A DNA stretch of 64,000 nt. Source: an uncultured Bacteroidales bacterium (GTDB lineage Bacteria > Bacteroidota > Bacteroidia > Bacteroidales > UBA932). Both the position numbers and the translations under genes were made by a program. The DNA lies in contig CAKUYQ010000016.1 of the NCBI GenBank assembly GCA_934717185.1, forward strand, positions 3,162-67,161. Reading direction: 5' to 3'. Positions within the stretch are counted from its first letter, which is position 1, and the number at the start of each line of letters is the position of its first letter. Of this stretch, positions 62,024 to 64,000 are shown piece by piece. The notes below the pieces were generated by a model, which saw nothing but the letters and a program-made list of their open reading frames with translations, was not told the origin of the DNA and searched no databases.

Positions 62024-63687
62024 GAGATTTGGCTGTTGAATCTATTATAGAGCTTTACAGTAATATTGTTTTCACCCTTTACAACCGGAACTGCAACAAC
62101 AAGCGGTTTCGGTTGTTCTTTTGTGTACATTCTCTCTGCTATAAGCTTTCCGTTATGCCATACCTCAACGGCATCTGCTGTGCCAACTTCAAATGACGCT
62201 GTTCCTCTCTCGTTGGATTGAAACTTGTACCCCTTGATAATATTTGTCTGTGGCTTAGCGGAAATTACCTCCCGATCTTGAATATTCAGCTGTTTGCTGT
62301 CTATGTTTTTAGGTAATAATAACATATCATAATCTGCGGGTTCTATCTCCCTTTTATGTGTAAGTTTTATGACCTTCCCATTTTTGTAGACAGCCTCAAA
62401 ATCTGTCTCTATATTGGGCACAATTATTCTTATTTTGGAACTGTTTGTGCTATACGGAAAATTCCATCTGTAACCGCAAACAGCCTTTTTTGTTCTGTAA
62501 TAGTCGAACATTGAGTAATGGTAGAGAGTGTCTGCATCCTTTAATTTGTAGATCCTGTTTCCTTTTTCGTCAACCAAAACGGCAATGGCATCACTGCGCC
62601 GTGCATTCCTGTTTTTTACGGCTTTTCTATTTATTACGCCATTGCATCTGTACAGTGAATCTCTTGCTGTCGCCAACCAACCGGAGCTGTCTATCCATTT
62701 TCCAATGGAGATGAAAAGATCCTTTTCATAGTTAGTTACTGCCCCGTCTCCTGTTGGTCCTATATTTAAAAGATAGTTTCCACCGGCCCCTATAACTCTT
62801 TTTAACGAGTTTATCTTCTCTGCAAGTTTTTCTTCCATTGGAACATGTTTTTGCCAGCTTCTGTAGCCCCAGGTCTCCTTATAAACAGACTCCGCTGTCT
62901 GCCATGGTTTGTTAGGGATAAAATCCGGAATTACATTGTCGGGCATTACGGCAAAATCACCGTAATCGTTACCTATTCTGCCGCTTACCCTGCAGTTTGG
63001 TTGTATGCTTTTTACCAAATTGTACAGTTCGCTGCTCTGCTCGCGGGTAAGCGAACCCATATCAAACCATAGTTCGCTCACAGGTCCGTAATTTTCCAGC
63101 AGCTCCTTAACCTGTCTCTTGTTGTATTCATGATGCTCCGGTGTAATTGGATCTGCATTATGGCTTGAGATTGGGTATGCCTGTGGATAATGCCAATCTA
63201 TAAGGGAAAAATAGATACCTAAGTTCAACCCGTGCCTTTTGCAGGCTTGGCTCAGCTCCTTAAGGGCATCCCTTCCAAACGGGGTGTTCATTATGGTAAA
63301 ATCTGTCTCTTTGGAATTGTACATGCAGAAGCCGTCGTGATGTTTTGATGTAAAGACAACGGCATCCATTCCGGCACTTCTAGCCAATACGGCTATTGAA
63401 TCTGCATTCCATTGTTTTGCCGAAAACTGCTCTGCCGCACGTGCATACCAATCCGAAAAAATGCCGGCAAAGGATTGTATCTGCTCGCTGTAACCCCACT
63501 CCACGTTTTTTCCACGGTATACCCCTCCGTAAACAGAGTATAGTCCCCAGTGTACAAACATTGAAAAGCGCCCCTTATCTTTAACAGGCTCCTGTTTTGT
63601 GGTTGCCATAACGATATCTGCTGATACAAACAGCATTGCCAACAACAACGCTGTCTTTGAATATAAAATTGTTCTTTTAAACATCAT
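61978..63687 (-). CDS. alpha-L-fucosidase (GH29)
   Basis: 569 aa. The signal peptide is followed by the GH29 N-terminal pattern FSMFVHWGLYSV, HHDGFCMY and NYLLNIGP. Its 3' end overlaps the convergent ORF by 46 nt. Confidence 0.88.
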   Translation of the reverse strand: MMFKRTILYSKTALLLAMLFVSADIVMATTKQEPVKDKGRFSMFVHWGLYSVYGGVYRGKNVEWGYSEQIQSFAGIFSDWYARAAEQFSAKQWNADSIAVLARSAGMDAVVFTSKHHDGFCMYNSKETDFTIMNTPFGRDALKELSQACKRHGLNLGIYFSLIDWHYPQAYPISSHNADPITPEHHEYNKRQVKELLENYGPVSELWFDMGSLTREQSSELYNLVKSIQPNCRVSGRIGNDYGDFAVMPDNVIPDFIPNKPWQTAESVYKETWGYRSWQKHVPMEEKLAEKINSLKRVIGAGGNYLLNIGPTGDGAVTNYEKDLFISIGKWIDSSGWLATARDSLYRCNGVINRKAVKNRNARRSDAIAVLVDEKGNRIYKLKDADTLYHYSMFDYYRTKKAVCGYRWNFPYSTNSSKIRIIVPNIETDFEAVYKNGKVIKLTHKREIEPADYDMLLLPKNIDSKQLNIQDREVISAKPQTNIIKGYKFQSNERGTASFEVGTADAVEVWHNGKLIAERMYTKEQPKPLVVAVPVVKGENNITVKLYNRFNSQISYSFVPVETRYFEIW

Positions 63688-63725
63688 AAAGATTGCTGTA
63701 AAGTAGTAAGTAATTCCAAAGGTAC

Positions 63726-63753
63726 AAAAAAAGGTGACTCAAACGAGCCACCT
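63726..63753 (-). terminator. intrinsic terminator after purA
   Basis: The minus strand forms an aggtggctc / gagtcacct hairpin (one mismatch/wobble) followed by TTTTTTT. The sequence is related to the terminator at 58497. Confidence 0.65.
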
Positions 63754-63809
63754 TTATTGTATTGTCAAATAACCGTATTGCGGGTTGTGATAGACAAGAT
63801 ACTATTCTG

Positions 63810-64000
63810 CTATCTCTCAATAGTCTGTTCTCTGTCGGGACCTAAAGAGATCATACTTACAGGAACGCCAAGCTCCTTCTCAATAAACCTTACATAGTTC
63901 ATGAACTCAAATGGAAGCTCCTCCTCCTTCTTTATGCCGGTAAGGTCTTTTTTCCACCCTTTGAACTCTTTGTAAACAGGCTCAACCTCTGCGTATGTAT
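63810..64000 (-). CDS. purA: adenylosuccinate synthetase, C-terminal end (partial, runs off the window)
   Basis: The reverse strand translates to ...YAEVEPVYKEFKGWKKDLTGIKKEEELPFEFMNYVRFIEKELGVPVSMISLGPDREQTIER*. This matches the conserved PurA C-terminus pattern. It is too short to appear in the ORF track. Confidence 0.75.
   Translation of the reverse strand, partial: TYAEVEPVYKEFKGWKKDLTGIKKEEELPFEFMNYVRFIEKELGVPVSMISLGPDREQTIER

Noticed and set aside
1-64000. Searched the whole window for CRISPR arrays, rRNA, transposases or integrases, phage genes, toxin-antitoxin pairs and defence-system signatures.
   Set aside because: None was recognised. Every ORF above about 100 aa that is not a shadow ORF has a housekeeping, envelope or transport assignment.

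Overview
This window looks like a core chromosomal region of a Bacteroidales (Bacteroidota) genome. It is densely coding and mostly on the minus strand. All protein calls rest on motifs recognised by eye in the supplied translations; no database or HMM search was possible.

Gene content, left to right:
- Housekeeping block: pepP-like, nagB, recN, coaBC, rpoZ-like, bamD, trxB.
- An ECF sigma factor with an anti-sigma factor that carries a C-terminal beta-barrel domain.
- LysM protein, purC, a GT4 glycosyltransferase, skp, pdxJ.
- nadK, uppS, bamA and two more skp genes.
- A minus-strand SusC/SusD pair plus a small lipoprotein.
- A central korA-korB-gdhA module.
- A plus-strand SusC/SusD (RagAB-like) pair.
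- A CE7-like protein, murI and a TlpA-like oxidoreductase.
- The classical cluster tRNA(Thr-Tyr-Gly-Thr)-tuf-tRNA(Trp)-secE-nusG-rplKAJL-rpoBC.
- dxs and two tandem MFS transporters.
- A cutC ORF that runs in frame into a transglutaminase/Png1-like lipoprotein.
- A GH29 fucosidase and the 3' end of purA.

I found no CRISPR array, rRNA, transposase, integrase or obvious defence island.

Signals that ordinary annotation does not explain:
1. A perfect 51-bp inverted repeat pair brackets korAB-gdhA. Each copy sits in the 5' region of one of the two divergent susC genes. This could be an inversion or promoter-exchange site, or a shared cis-element.
2. A 28-bp block is shared between the susC1 upstream region and the susD2 terminator. 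The susC1 upstream region therefore looks like the collapsed flanks of the susC2-susD2 cassette.
3. The oligonucleotide TTCCCGACAA has 10 exact copies, 5 per strand, in different reading frames. A 15-mer core occurs in three unrelated genes, and an inverted pair forms a terminator. This resembles an uptake-signal-like genome motif.
4. cutC has no stop codon before an internal lipoprotein signal peptide. The downstream domain carries a Png1/NGLY1-like GRCGE core and lies next to a fucosidase.
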